A DNA stretch of 15,358 nt from Gemmatimonadota bacterium (GTDB lineage: Bacteria > Latescibacterota > UBA2968 > UBA8231): NCBI GenBank assembly GCA_038153405.1, contig JAYOYH010000081.1:1-15358 (forward strand), in the 5' to 3' direction. Under the pieces are notes generated by a model, which did not search any database, was not told the origin of the DNA, and was given only the letters and a program-made list of their open reading frames with translations. Shown piece by piece: positions 8,138 through 15,358 of this stretch (its first letter is position 1; each line of letters opens with the position of its first letter). A program made the position numbers and the translations under genes.

Positions 8138-10441
8138 TCAATAGGCTACGGAGACGAGGCGGTACTCCACGCGTTCAAAGGCGTCGCCCTGTGCGCGCAG
8201 GCTCAGCACGTAGGTGCCCGGCGGCACGAGGCGTCCCTGTCCGTTGCGTCCATCCCAGCGCAGGGCGACGCGTCCGGCCGAAAAGGAGGCATCGGCCGCG
8301 GTAACCACGTGGCGGCCGGCCAGGTCGTAAACGGCTAGTTCAACAGGGCGTGGGTCGATTATCTTTAATAGGTCGAAGTCGACGACGACAGCATCGTTTA
8401 TGCCGTCGCCGTTGGGCGTTACGACCGCCGTGGACAGCGCTAGGTTGTCGAGCAGGCGCCCGTCGGACGGCAGGGCGACAAACGTTACGCCGCTGTCGAT
8501 GCGCTCGTCGGCATCGCCCGGATCGACGGGCTGGCGCACCTGCGGTCCCAAGGCGCTGTTAAACAGGAATGCATTAAAGCGCGTTTGGTTGAGAAAGAGC
8601 GTGCTCTGAATATCGATTTCTATCAGCGACGAACGGCGGATGGGGGCAGCTAGCGTGAGCAGCACGCCTTGGTCTATGGGCGCGGCCTCCACTTCGACCG
8701 GATTGCCGTCGATGCGGAGCCCTTTGAAGTTGAGTCCGGCGCTGCTGGACAGCTGTATTTGATCGAAGCCGCGACTGGCGGCCACCATATTGGAGCGCAG
8801 GTAGTACGTGAAGTCGCTCGCTTCGCCGGGTCGGGCCTGACGTGGAAAGATCTCGGCGCGCGTCGACTGGGCAAGGGGTTGGTTGTACTCGATGCGGATA
8901 TCGTCGAGCGCGGCGCTGGCCAGCGGGCTGTCCGAGGCAAAGCGCAGTTCCAACTGCACGTAGCGGCGCGGTGCTGGAGAGAGAAAGAGCTGGCCCGACT
9001 GGGCATAGGGCCGACTCCACGTGCTCCAGTCCAGTCCGACTGCGCGCAGCGTGTCGATCGGACCGCGAAAGGACGGAATGAGCTTGTCGTAGCGCGTCTG
9101 GGTCACTTCTTTGCCGTTTTTGTCGTAGAAAACGTATTGCTCCTGCAGCTCGTTGCCCGTGCGACTGCGCAGCTCCATACGCGCGCCGCTCAGCGTCTCG
9201 GCGCTCCAGTGCAGCGCGGTGACGTGCTGCACCGAATTAAAGTCGAAAATGGGCGAGAGGGCGACCGCCTCGGCCGGATGGCCATGGCCAAATACCTGCC
9301 ATTCAGCCGTAGTGCCAATGCGCCCATTAAAGGCTTGAACGCCATCGGACATGGGGAAGAACAGACGCACGTGGCGGACTTTGCGCAGCGGAAAGTGCTC
9401 TTCAAAGTGGACGATGCCCTGTAAGTTGCGCGGGTCGGAGGGTAGTTCGCCCATCAGCTCCCAGCGCAGCGAGCCGTCGACCGAGCGCGAGCCGTCGGAG
9501 GTGTAGAATTGGTACCACAAATAATTGAATGTGCCGCCGCGGTGATAGCCGGCCCCGCGCCCTGGGGCAATGCCAGAACCGTCGCCGAGCATGCGCACGG
9601 TGTCGACCCAAAAGAGTGCGCCGAGATCCAATTCGAACTGACCGAACTGCTGCTCGGGCTGTGCTCCGGAGCCGCCGCGGTGGGCCGTTCCCCAATAGGT
9701 GGTAATATCGCCGTCGACCAGCGTATTGCTGATGCCGATGCTCTCGACCAACTCGCGTCCAAAGGTCGATCCCACTTCGGATATGATGGTCACGCCGCCG
9801 CCGCGATCCCAGATGCCCAGCGATATATTGTCGCCGATGCTTTCGACGACCACTTCGCTCAGGCGGATATCTAAGTTTTCTTGGGTGCGGTCTGCCTCGA
9901 TGCGGATGTACTGCAGGGGATTTTTTTCGAAGTCGATAGTGATGGTGCGCTCCGCGTTAAAACTATAGCTGGTGCTCTTGTTGTAGCGCAGCGAGCCGGG
10001 TATGATGGAATTGGCATTGTTAAAAAAGGGCTCGCCGTCAGAGGTGAGGATGCGAAAAAATTCGAGCGGTGCGCCGTCCTGGGCAAAGCGCAGTTCGATG
10101 CTGCGCGCAGAGACGACCCGGCCCAGATTAATTTCGATCCACCAAGTGTCAATTGAATTTGTCGAATCGGGAGACCAGTAGGTGGACTCGTCGCCGTCGA
10201 TGAGGTTATTGGCCTGTGCGGCGTGTGAGCCAACGTCGCGAATGCCGCCGCCAAACTGTGCGGCGTTGGCCACGGCGTTGATGTCGCGGCGCACAAAGCC
10301 CGGGCGCAAGCTGCCGCCGTCAATGGAAATGGCGTCACCCGGCAGCTTCCAGCGGGCCCAGTCCTGCGGCGTGGTGATGACCAATTCGTCGGCGACGAGG
10401 GCGCTGCAGGCTAGCAGCAAGGTGCAAAAGGCGCTTCTCAT
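8138..10441 (-). CDS. Secreted protein with two discoidin (F5/8 type C)-like modules and a C-terminal FlgD-Ig/T9SS-CTD-like domain, 767 aa
   Basis: GGAG SD before ATG 10441. Signal-like MRSAFCTLLLACSALVA. Two repeats: LIDGDESTYW..IEINLG and LVDGDITTYW..FELDLG. C-terminus TPNGDGIND..VYDLAGRHV..WDGRNGQGRLVPPGTY..VSVAY. Confidence 0.85.
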   Translation of the reverse strand: MRSAFCTLLLACSALVADELVITTPQDWARWKLPGDAISIDGGSLRPGFVRRDINAVANAAQFGGGIRDVGSHAAQANNLIDGDESTYWSPDSTNSIDTWWIEINLGRVVSARSIELRFAQDGAPLEFFRILTSDGEPFFNNANSIIPGSLRYNKSTSYSFNAERTITIDFEKNPLQYIRIEADRTQENLDIRLSEVVVESIGDNISLGIWDRGGGVTIISEVGSTFGRELVESIGISNTLVDGDITTYWGTAHRGGSGAQPEQQFGQFELDLGALFWVDTVRMLGDGSGIAPGRGAGYHRGGTFNYLWYQFYTSDGSRSVDGSLRWELMGELPSDPRNLQGIVHFEEHFPLRKVRHVRLFFPMSDGVQAFNGRIGTTAEWQVFGHGHPAEAVALSPIFDFNSVQHVTALHWSAETLSGARMELRSRTGNELQEQYVFYDKNGKEVTQTRYDKLIPSFRGPIDTLRAVGLDWSTWSRPYAQSGQLFLSPAPRRYVQLELRFASDSPLASAALDDIRIEYNQPLAQSTRAEIFPRQARPGEASDFTYYLRSNMVAASRGFDQIQLSSSAGLNFKGLRIDGNPVEVEAAPIDQGVLLTLAAPIRRSSLIEIDIQSTLFLNQTRFNAFLFNSALGPQVRQPVDPGDADERIDSGVTFVALPSDGRLLDNLALSTAVVTPNGDGINDAVVVDFDLLKIIDPRPVELAVYDLAGRHVVTAADASFSAGRVALRWDGRNGQGRLVPPGTYVLSLRAQGDAFERVEYRLVSVAY

Positions 10442-10455
10442 ATCGTATCTCCGGT

Positions 10456-10475
10456 GCATCAGCACGTGCAGATGC
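10456..10475. repeat. 20-bp near-perfect palindrome in a 38-bp spacer
   Basis: GCATC-A-GCACGTGC-A-GATGC, with one mismatched pair. Confidence 0.6.
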
Positions 10476-10479
10476 GCTC

Positions 10480-11499
10480 TTAGGACGCCCACGGGTCGAG
10501 GACGATTTTGCTGCATGCGCCGCCCAACTGAATTTCCCAAGCATCGGTTATGCGTTCGAGCGGGAAACGGTGGCTGATGAGGAGGTCGAGCTGCGACGAA
10601 ACGTCGGTTAAGGTCTGTAGGAGTTCGGCGTAGTCGTGCAGGTTGTAGTGCCATGAGCCGATAAGGCGAATGCCCTTGCGGATCAGGTCCGGACTGACGT
10701 GCAGCGCCGTTTCGGCCGAGCACTCGCCGACAAAAGCGACGTCGCCGCGCCGTCGCACGGCGTCTATGCACAGGCGGTGCGCCTGCGGTGATCCCGAGCA
10801 GTCGATGGCGCGATCCACGCCGCGCCCGCCGGTCAGATCGCGCAGTGCCGCCACGCTGTTCTCGTCTGGCGCAAGGGCACATTCGGCGCCCAGGTCGAGC
10901 GCGCGCTGGCGTCGCCAGGCGTTGTCGTCGATGGCGATCACTCGAGCCCCGCGGTGGACGCCGTTGATAACGCCGCCTAATCCGACGGGGCCCAGGCCGG
11001 TAATGAGCAGGGTCTCGTCGCTGCCCAAGCCCATGCGCTGCATGGCGCCAAAGGTCGGTCCCAACCCGCAGCAGGCCATCGCCGCGTGCTCGTCGGCCAT
11101 GGCATCGGGTACGCCGAGCAGCAGCCAGTCGGGTTTGAGCAGGTACTGCGCCATGGTCGCGCGGCCCTCGCCGCCGTTGGTAAACTCGCCAAAGTCGACG
11201 GTGTGCTCGCAGTGAATGTATTCGCCGCTAGTGCACAGGGCACACGATCCACAAGGATACTGCGGCATGACGACGACGCGGTCGCCGGGGCGCACGCGCG
11301 CCGACTGGTCCACGTCGACGACTTCGCCCATGGCTTCGTGGCCGAGATAGGCGCTGGCGTGGCCTGCTTCGTAGGCTTTGTACTCGGTGCACATCGGGGC
11401 GGCCAGCACTTTGACGACGGCCCAGTGCTGGCGCGGGTGCGGCGCGTCTACGTCGATGACGCCACCCTCTTTGACTCCGGTTATAACGGCTTTTTTCAT
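10480..11499 (-). CDS. Zinc-binding medium-chain dehydrogenase, 339 aa
   Basis: PMCTE, GHE, structural Zn site CGSCALC-x7-C, ACCGLG, GLGPVG Rossmann motif, VIAID (NAD-type). Confidence 0.95.
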   Translation of the reverse strand: MKKAVITGVKEGGVIDVDAPHPRQHWAVVKVLAAPMCTEYKAYEAGHASAYLGHEAMGEVVDVDQSARVRPGDRVVVMPQYPCGSCALCTSGEYIHCEHTVDFGEFTNGGEGRATMAQYLLKPDWLLLGVPDAMADEHAAMACCGLGPTFGAMQRMGLGSDETLLITGLGPVGLGGVINGVHRGARVIAIDDNAWRRQRALDLGAECALAPDENSVAALRDLTGGRGVDRAIDCSGSPQAHRLCIDAVRRRGDVAFVGECSAETALHVSPDLIRKGIRLIGSWHYNLHDYAELLQTLTDVSSQLDLLISHRFPLERITDAWEIQLGGACSKIVLDPWAS

Positions 11500-11551
11500 C
11501 GCAAAACACCCCGCCGCTGGCAGCGGCTATACGGAAGACGGCCTCCGTGGA

Positions 11552-11580
11552 ATTATATCATTGAGGATGGTGGTGGGCAA
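11552..11580 (-). promoter_or_regulatory. Sigma70-type promoter with extended -10
   Basis: Minus strand TTGCCC (11580-11575), 17 bp spacer ending TGA, TATAAT (11557-11552). Perfect -10 plus TGn, 52 nt upstream of ATG 11499. Confidence 0.8.
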
Positions 11581-11599
11581 GGGTGGAGCCGACCCCACA

Positions 11600-11653
11600 C
11601 ACGGCGGGGATTGGGGAAATATCGGCAGATCATTCGCCCGGTTCCCCGCCGTG
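11600..11653. repeat. Long intergenic inverted repeat / hairpin
   Basis: CACGGCGGGGA (11600-11610) and TCCCCGCCGTG (11643-11653) form perfect 11-bp arms around a partly pairable 32-nt interior. No U-tract. Confidence 0.75.
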
Positions 11654-11673
11654 CCATAGCTGCTAGCCGTCGC

Positions 11674-12801
11674 CTAGCGGCCGGGTTCGATGACCACTTT
11701 CATCGATCCTTCGCTGCCGGTGATATCGATGCCCTCGGCGATGGACGACAGCGGCAGGCGGTGGGTTATAAACTGGTCGAGCGGCGCTTTGGTCGATTTG
11801 AGAAAAGACAGTGCCGTTTTAAACTGCATGGCCGGATAGGCCCACATGCCGCGGATATCGATGTCCTTGAAGCAGACGATGTGCGGGTGGATTTCGACGG
11901 CGCCGGGATCGGTGAAGTGGCCGACTTCGACGACGATGCCGCCGCGCCGCACCAGATCGAGGGACTCTTTAAAGGCCACCGGCACGCCGGCCGTTTCGAT
12001 GACGATATCGGGGCCGACGCCGTCGCACAGTTCGGCCAGCTGCCTCTGTCGCTGATCGAGCGAGGTATGACCGACGTCGATGACTGCATGCGCTCCCATG
12101 GCCTGTGCCAGCCTTAAGCGCGAAGCACTCAGATCGGCGGCGATAATCCGATCGGTGCCGATGTGGGCCAGCGCGGCGATGACCAGCTGGCCGATGGGAC
12201 CGGCGCCCATGACGAGGACCGATTTATCCATGCCGAGCCCCTCGCCAATATGGGGGATACCGGGCCCTAGGGCGCGCTCGACGGCGCGCGTGGCCACGGC
12301 GGCCGGCTCAGTCAGCACGGCGTATTCGGAGGGCAGTTCGTCGGGGATCTTGAAGACCCACGAGCGGTTCGTCATATGCATGTATTGCGAAAAACCACCG
12401 CGCGGCGCCGGCGCTACGTCGGCCGAAACAAAGCCGTAGACAAAGCGGCTGGAGCAGAGCGTGGGGCGCTGCGGCATGTGCAGGCAGTAGTGGCAGCGGC
12501 CGCAGGCCGTCGAGGAGGGCGTCGTCGTAATGCGGTCGCCTTCCTTGACCGGGCCGCCGACGATGGCCATGTGGTCGGCGGCTTTGGAGCCGAGTTCGGC
12601 TATGGTGCCGACCAGTTCGTGTCCCGGTACGACGGGAAACTGCAGGCCCATATGGCCGGCGTACATATGCTTGTCGCTGCCGCAGATACCGGTTCGTTCA
12701 ACGGATAGGAGCAGTTCGTCTTGGCCGATGGAAGGGCGTGCGAATTCGCGGACTTCGATCTTGCCGGGTTCGAGCATCACGGCGGATTGAATGCTGGCCA
12801 T
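11674..12801 (-). CDS. Zinc-binding polyol/sugar-acid dehydrogenase (sorbitol/threonine DH-like MDR), 375 aa
   Basis: GICGSD, PGHE, CGRCHYC-x9-C, LTEP (Glu ligand), GAGPIG, IAAD. AAGGA SD before ATG 12801. Confidence 0.95.
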   Translation of the reverse strand: MASIQSAVMLEPGKIEVREFARPSIGQDELLLSVERTGICGSDKHMYAGHMGLQFPVVPGHELVGTIAELGSKAADHMAIVGGPVKEGDRITTTPSSTACGRCHYCLHMPQRPTLCSSRFVYGFVSADVAPAPRGGFSQYMHMTNRSWVFKIPDELPSEYAVLTEPAAVATRAVERALGPGIPHIGEGLGMDKSVLVMGAGPIGQLVIAALAHIGTDRIIAADLSASRLRLAQAMGAHAVIDVGHTSLDQRQRQLAELCDGVGPDIVIETAGVPVAFKESLDLVRRGGIVVEVGHFTDPGAVEIHPHIVCFKDIDIRGMWAYPAMQFKTALSFLKSTKAPLDQFITHRLPLSSIAEGIDITGSEGSMKVVIEPGR

Positions 12802-12845
12802 AGTCGATTCCTTGCCTGAGAAGGAGGGATAGCACGGTGAAGGCG

Positions 12846-13955
12846 CTAGCGGACCTTGCCGCGCGCGGCGATCGGCCACAGCTCGGCGAGCTGGCCGTCG
12901 CGCATGGCGTAGAGGTAGTCGTGCAAATTGACGGTGGTGCAGCCGTGCCCGGGAATAAACTCGAGCACGTCGCCCACCTGTATATCGGTGCAGGCGCCGC
13001 CGTCTAGCGTGCGCAGGCGGCCGTGCTCTTCGGACAGGGCATGGCACTCGAGGTCGGATCGGTCTTTCACTAGGGGAAAACCGTGTTCGGGCGTTAGCGT
13101 TTTGAGGCCGGCATCCGTGATTACCTGGTGTGGCATCGGGCGGCTGCCCACGGTCGTTAGCACGGTAAGGGCGTTTTGGAAGCCGAGTCCGAGGCGCCCG
13201 TAGGCCGCATCCATCAGCGCATAGGACCCGGCCTGTACTTCGGTTATTCCTTCAAACGTCGTGCTGACATAATAGTCGCCGGTGGCCGAAGACGAGCAAA
13301 TGCCGACGTCGATGCCGGCCGCTTCGATATCGGCGCGCGCATCGACTAAGCGCTGCAGGCACTCGCGCGCCTTCGTTTCGCGCTCGGCATCGTCTTCGAG
13401 GTCGACGACGTGGCCCTCGTAGCCCATGATTCCGGCAAAGTGCAGATGGGCAGCGTCTGCGGTGCGCCGAGCTAGGTCGACAGTGCCTTGACCCGGCGTG
13501 GCACCGCAGCGGTTGTGGCCGATATTGACTTCGACGAGCACGCGCGGCGCGACGCCGCGCGCGCCGGCCGCCGCGTTGAGGGCGTCGAGATTGGCCGGAT
13601 GGTCGACGGCGACCATGATGTTGCAGCGCCCGGCCAAGTGCATCAAGCGCTCGATCTTTTTTGCCCCAACGACTTCGTTGGCAATCAGAATATCTTGGAT
13701 GCCGGCGTCGGCCATGACTTCGGCCTCGCCGAGCTTGGCACAGGTAATACCCAGGGCGCCGGCTTCGAGTTGGCGCTGGGCAATGGCCGGCGTTTTGTGC
13801 GACTTGCTGTGCGGTCGCAGGTGCTTGCCCGTCGCGCGAAAGTGGGCGGCCATTTTTTCTATGTTGTACTCGAGGGCATCGAGGTCTACCAGCAGGACGG
13901 GCGTGTCGATCTGGTCGCGATGCATGCCTATGAAATCACCGGCGGGCAGCTGCAT
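12846..13955 (-). CDS. DSD1 / D-threonine aldolase family fold-type III PLP enzyme, 369 aa
   Basis: TPVLLVD, RPHSKSHK (PLP Lys51), CAKLGEAE, GHNRCG, GYEGH, QAGSYALMD, DAGLK, SEEHG, PGHGCTTVNLHD (metal HxC). GGAG SD. Confidence 0.93.
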   Translation of the reverse strand: MQLPAGDFIGMHRDQIDTPVLLVDLDALEYNIEKMAAHFRATGKHLRPHSKSHKTPAIAQRQLEAGALGITCAKLGEAEVMADAGIQDILIANEVVGAKKIERLMHLAGRCNIMVAVDHPANLDALNAAAGARGVAPRVLVEVNIGHNRCGATPGQGTVDLARRTADAAHLHFAGIMGYEGHVVDLEDDAERETKARECLQRLVDARADIEAAGIDVGICSSSATGDYYVSTTFEGITEVQAGSYALMDAAYGRLGLGFQNALTVLTTVGSRPMPHQVITDAGLKTLTPEHGFPLVKDRSDLECHALSEEHGRLRTLDGGACTDIQVGDVLEFIPGHGCTTVNLHDYLYAMRDGQLAELWPIAARGKVR

Positions 13956-13991
13956 GGGCTAAACTCCGTTGCGGAAAGAAGATTGGTGTGT

Positions 13992-15251
13992 TCAGAAGTG
14001 CAGCGGCAAATCGCCGTTGGCGTCGAATGCCATCTCGCTCGCCTCTTCGACGATCGACAGGTCCTCGCGCGCTTCCACTTCTGCGCGATAGGCCTCCGAA
14101 ACGAGCAGTTCGCCTAGGTTCAGCGTATTGCGGATGCGCAGTATGCGCTCCTCGCCGGGTTCGCGCAGGCCGACGGTTTGCAGCGCCTTCTCAATGCAGA
14201 TTTGATCGGTGTCAAAGTAGAGCGGAATGTGCGCACCGGAGGGATGATTGCCCGTCATGCAGTTGATGTAGGTGATTTCGCGGTCCATCTCGTCGATAGC
14301 GCGGCGGTGGGCGTATTCGGCCGTGCCGATACCGGAGGCGTTTCCATGCGTTTCCGGCGTTAGGCCGCGCACCAGAATGCGCGTGACTTTTGGATACTCC
14401 TTTTCGGCGGCGTGGTTGTCGTGGAATTTGCGTCCGACGACGTTGGTGTCCATGCCGGCGCCGGAGATGTTCTTGCCGATCTCGTCGACGATGAGCAAGT
14501 CGACGTGGTCAAAGGGCAGGCGCGGCATCCATTTTTTGGCCAGCACGAGCAGCTCTTTTTCGCGCTCGACAAATTCCTCGGGGGCGACGCCTTTGAGCAG
14601 CGCCGTATTATCGTACTGGTTTTCGACGATGCCCAGGCCCATGAGCACGCCGCATTTCTCGATGACCTGCTGGCCAACCGAGCGGATGATGCGGTCAAAG
14701 CTGTAGTGGACGATGGCTTGGTGATAGAGCGCTGCACCCCTGTGCTTGCCCAAGCCGATGAGCATCATTTTGTGGAGGCCGCTCTCTATCTCGCCGACGA
14801 AGTCGGTGTGCGGCTTAATGCGGCCGACCACGGCGACGTGGTCCGCTTCAAAGGCATGCTTGTCGAAGAAGACCGGTACTCCGTCCTCCGTTTGGCCGAC
14901 CTGCACCGTTTCCATGCTCGACTTGATCGGTGCGCCGACGTATTCCTCGGTTACCCCATAGCCCTCAATAATTTCGCGCTGCGCCTCGGCTATGCCGCCG
15001 CCGTGGCTGCCCATGGCCGGGACGAGAAACGGCTCTAGTCCGAGTGCCTTGAGTTCGGCGACCAGTGACTTAATGATCAGAGCAATATTGTTGATGCCGC
15101 GGCTGCCGACGGAGACGGCCACCGACTGGCCTGGCTCAATGCGCGATCCTAGGTTGAGACGGGTGACTTCTTCTTTGACGGCGGCGGGAATGTCTTCTAC
15201 GGTCGGTGCGTCAAAGTGCTGGCGTATGCGCAGCATGCGGGGGAATGGCAT
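13992..15251 (-). CDS. LarA-like (DUF2088, lactate racemase domain) protein, putative nickel-pincer hydroxy-acid racemase/epimerase, 419 aa
   Basis: VGSRGI, PAMGSHGG, RIKPHTDF, ESGLHKMMLIGLGK, GKNISGAGMDTNVVGR. AGGAG SD. Confidence 0.8.
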   Translation of the reverse strand: MPFPRMLRIRQHFDAPTVEDIPAAVKEEVTRLNLGSRIEPGQSVAVSVGSRGINNIALIIKSLVAELKALGLEPFLVPAMGSHGGGIAEAQREIIEGYGVTEEYVGAPIKSSMETVQVGQTEDGVPVFFDKHAFEADHVAVVGRIKPHTDFVGEIESGLHKMMLIGLGKHRGAALYHQAIVHYSFDRIIRSVGQQVIEKCGVLMGLGIVENQYDNTALLKGVAPEEFVEREKELLVLAKKWMPRLPFDHVDLLIVDEIGKNISGAGMDTNVVGRKFHDNHAAEKEYPKVTRILVRGLTPETHGNASGIGTAEYAHRRAIDEMDREITYINCMTGNHPSGAHIPLYFDTDQICIEKALQTVGLREPGEERILRIRNTLNLGELLVSEAYRAEVEAREDLSIVEEASEMAFDANGDLPLHF

Positions 15252-15262
15252 GGCGTGCTCTC

Positions 15263-15358
15263 CTATATGGCTTCGCTAAAGATGGCTTCGATATCGGCTT
15301 GCTGGGTCTTGCGCGGGTTGACCGCGACGTTGCCGCTGGTCATGGCGGCTGTGCTCAT
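15263..15358 (-). CDS. 3' end of an iron-containing alcohol dehydrogenase family protein (partial)
   Basis: Not in the ORF track. Hand translation: ..MSTAAMTSGNVAVNPRKTQQADIEAIFSEAI*, matching the Fe-ADH tail (A..A......NPR......I..I...A). The TAG stop overlaps the AGGAG SD of the next gene. Confidence 0.8.
   Translation of the reverse strand: MSTAAMTSGNVAVNPRKTQQADIEAIFSEAI

Noticed and set aside
8138..8450. Flagellar hook-cap gene flgD
   Set aside because: Only the Ig-like module is shared; the protein is 767 aa with a signal peptide and no flagellar neighbours.
10442..10882. N-terminal 147 aa of the 914-aa ORF
   Set aside because: Overlaps the Zn dehydrogenase in another frame; Arg-rich; SD and signal peptide point to ATG 10441.
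11600..11653. Classical rho-independent terminator
   Set aside because: No U-tract on either side; kept only as an inverted repeat.
11581..11700. HDV-like ribozyme, riboswitch or group II intron remnant (GGCGAATG on minus strand)
   Set aside because: Could not build the P1/P3/L3 nested pseudoknot or any domain V or riboswitch consensus.
11086..12117. 343-aa plus-strand ORF crossing the spacer
   Set aside because: Antisense shadow of two dehydrogenases; no SD or motif; typical of high-GC DNA.
12802..13047. N-terminal extension of the 457-aa ORF
   Set aside because: Overlaps the DSD1 gene; SD and MDR fold start at 12801.
1..15358. CRISPR array, tRNA/rRNA, transposase, integrase, phage or defence genes
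   Set aside because: Spacers are all short with no periodic repeats or cloverleaf, and no ORF shows the relevant motifs.

Overview
GC-rich bacterial window, densely coding, with no rRNA, tRNA, CRISPR array or mobile element that I can support. At the left end a partial DUF2723-like membrane glycosyltransferase gene (minus) diverges from a plus-strand pair: a Cys-type sulfatase and an ICMT/NnrU-like membrane methyltransferase. The rest is one run of minus-strand genes. In transcription order: Fe-containing alcohol dehydrogenase (3' end only), LarA-like (DUF2088) protein, DSD1/D-threonine-aldolase-family PLP enzyme, polyol-type Zn dehydrogenase, a structured spacer with a strong sigma70-like promoter, a second Zn dehydrogenase, a secreted discoidin-like/FlgD-Ig protein with a T9SS-like C-terminus, HpcH/HpaI aldolase, alpha/beta hydrolase, a 759-aa transglutaminase-like/Fn3/Ig protein, a second sulfatase, and an 88-aa orphan behind a sigma54-like promoter. 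Gene content suggests an FCB-group lineage such as Latescibacterota (inference only). Best leads: a possible (amino-)sugar-acid catabolic route, the transglutaminase-fold protein coupled to a hydrolase and sulfatase, and the C-terminal sorting domain. All family calls come from motif recognition by eye; no searches were run.
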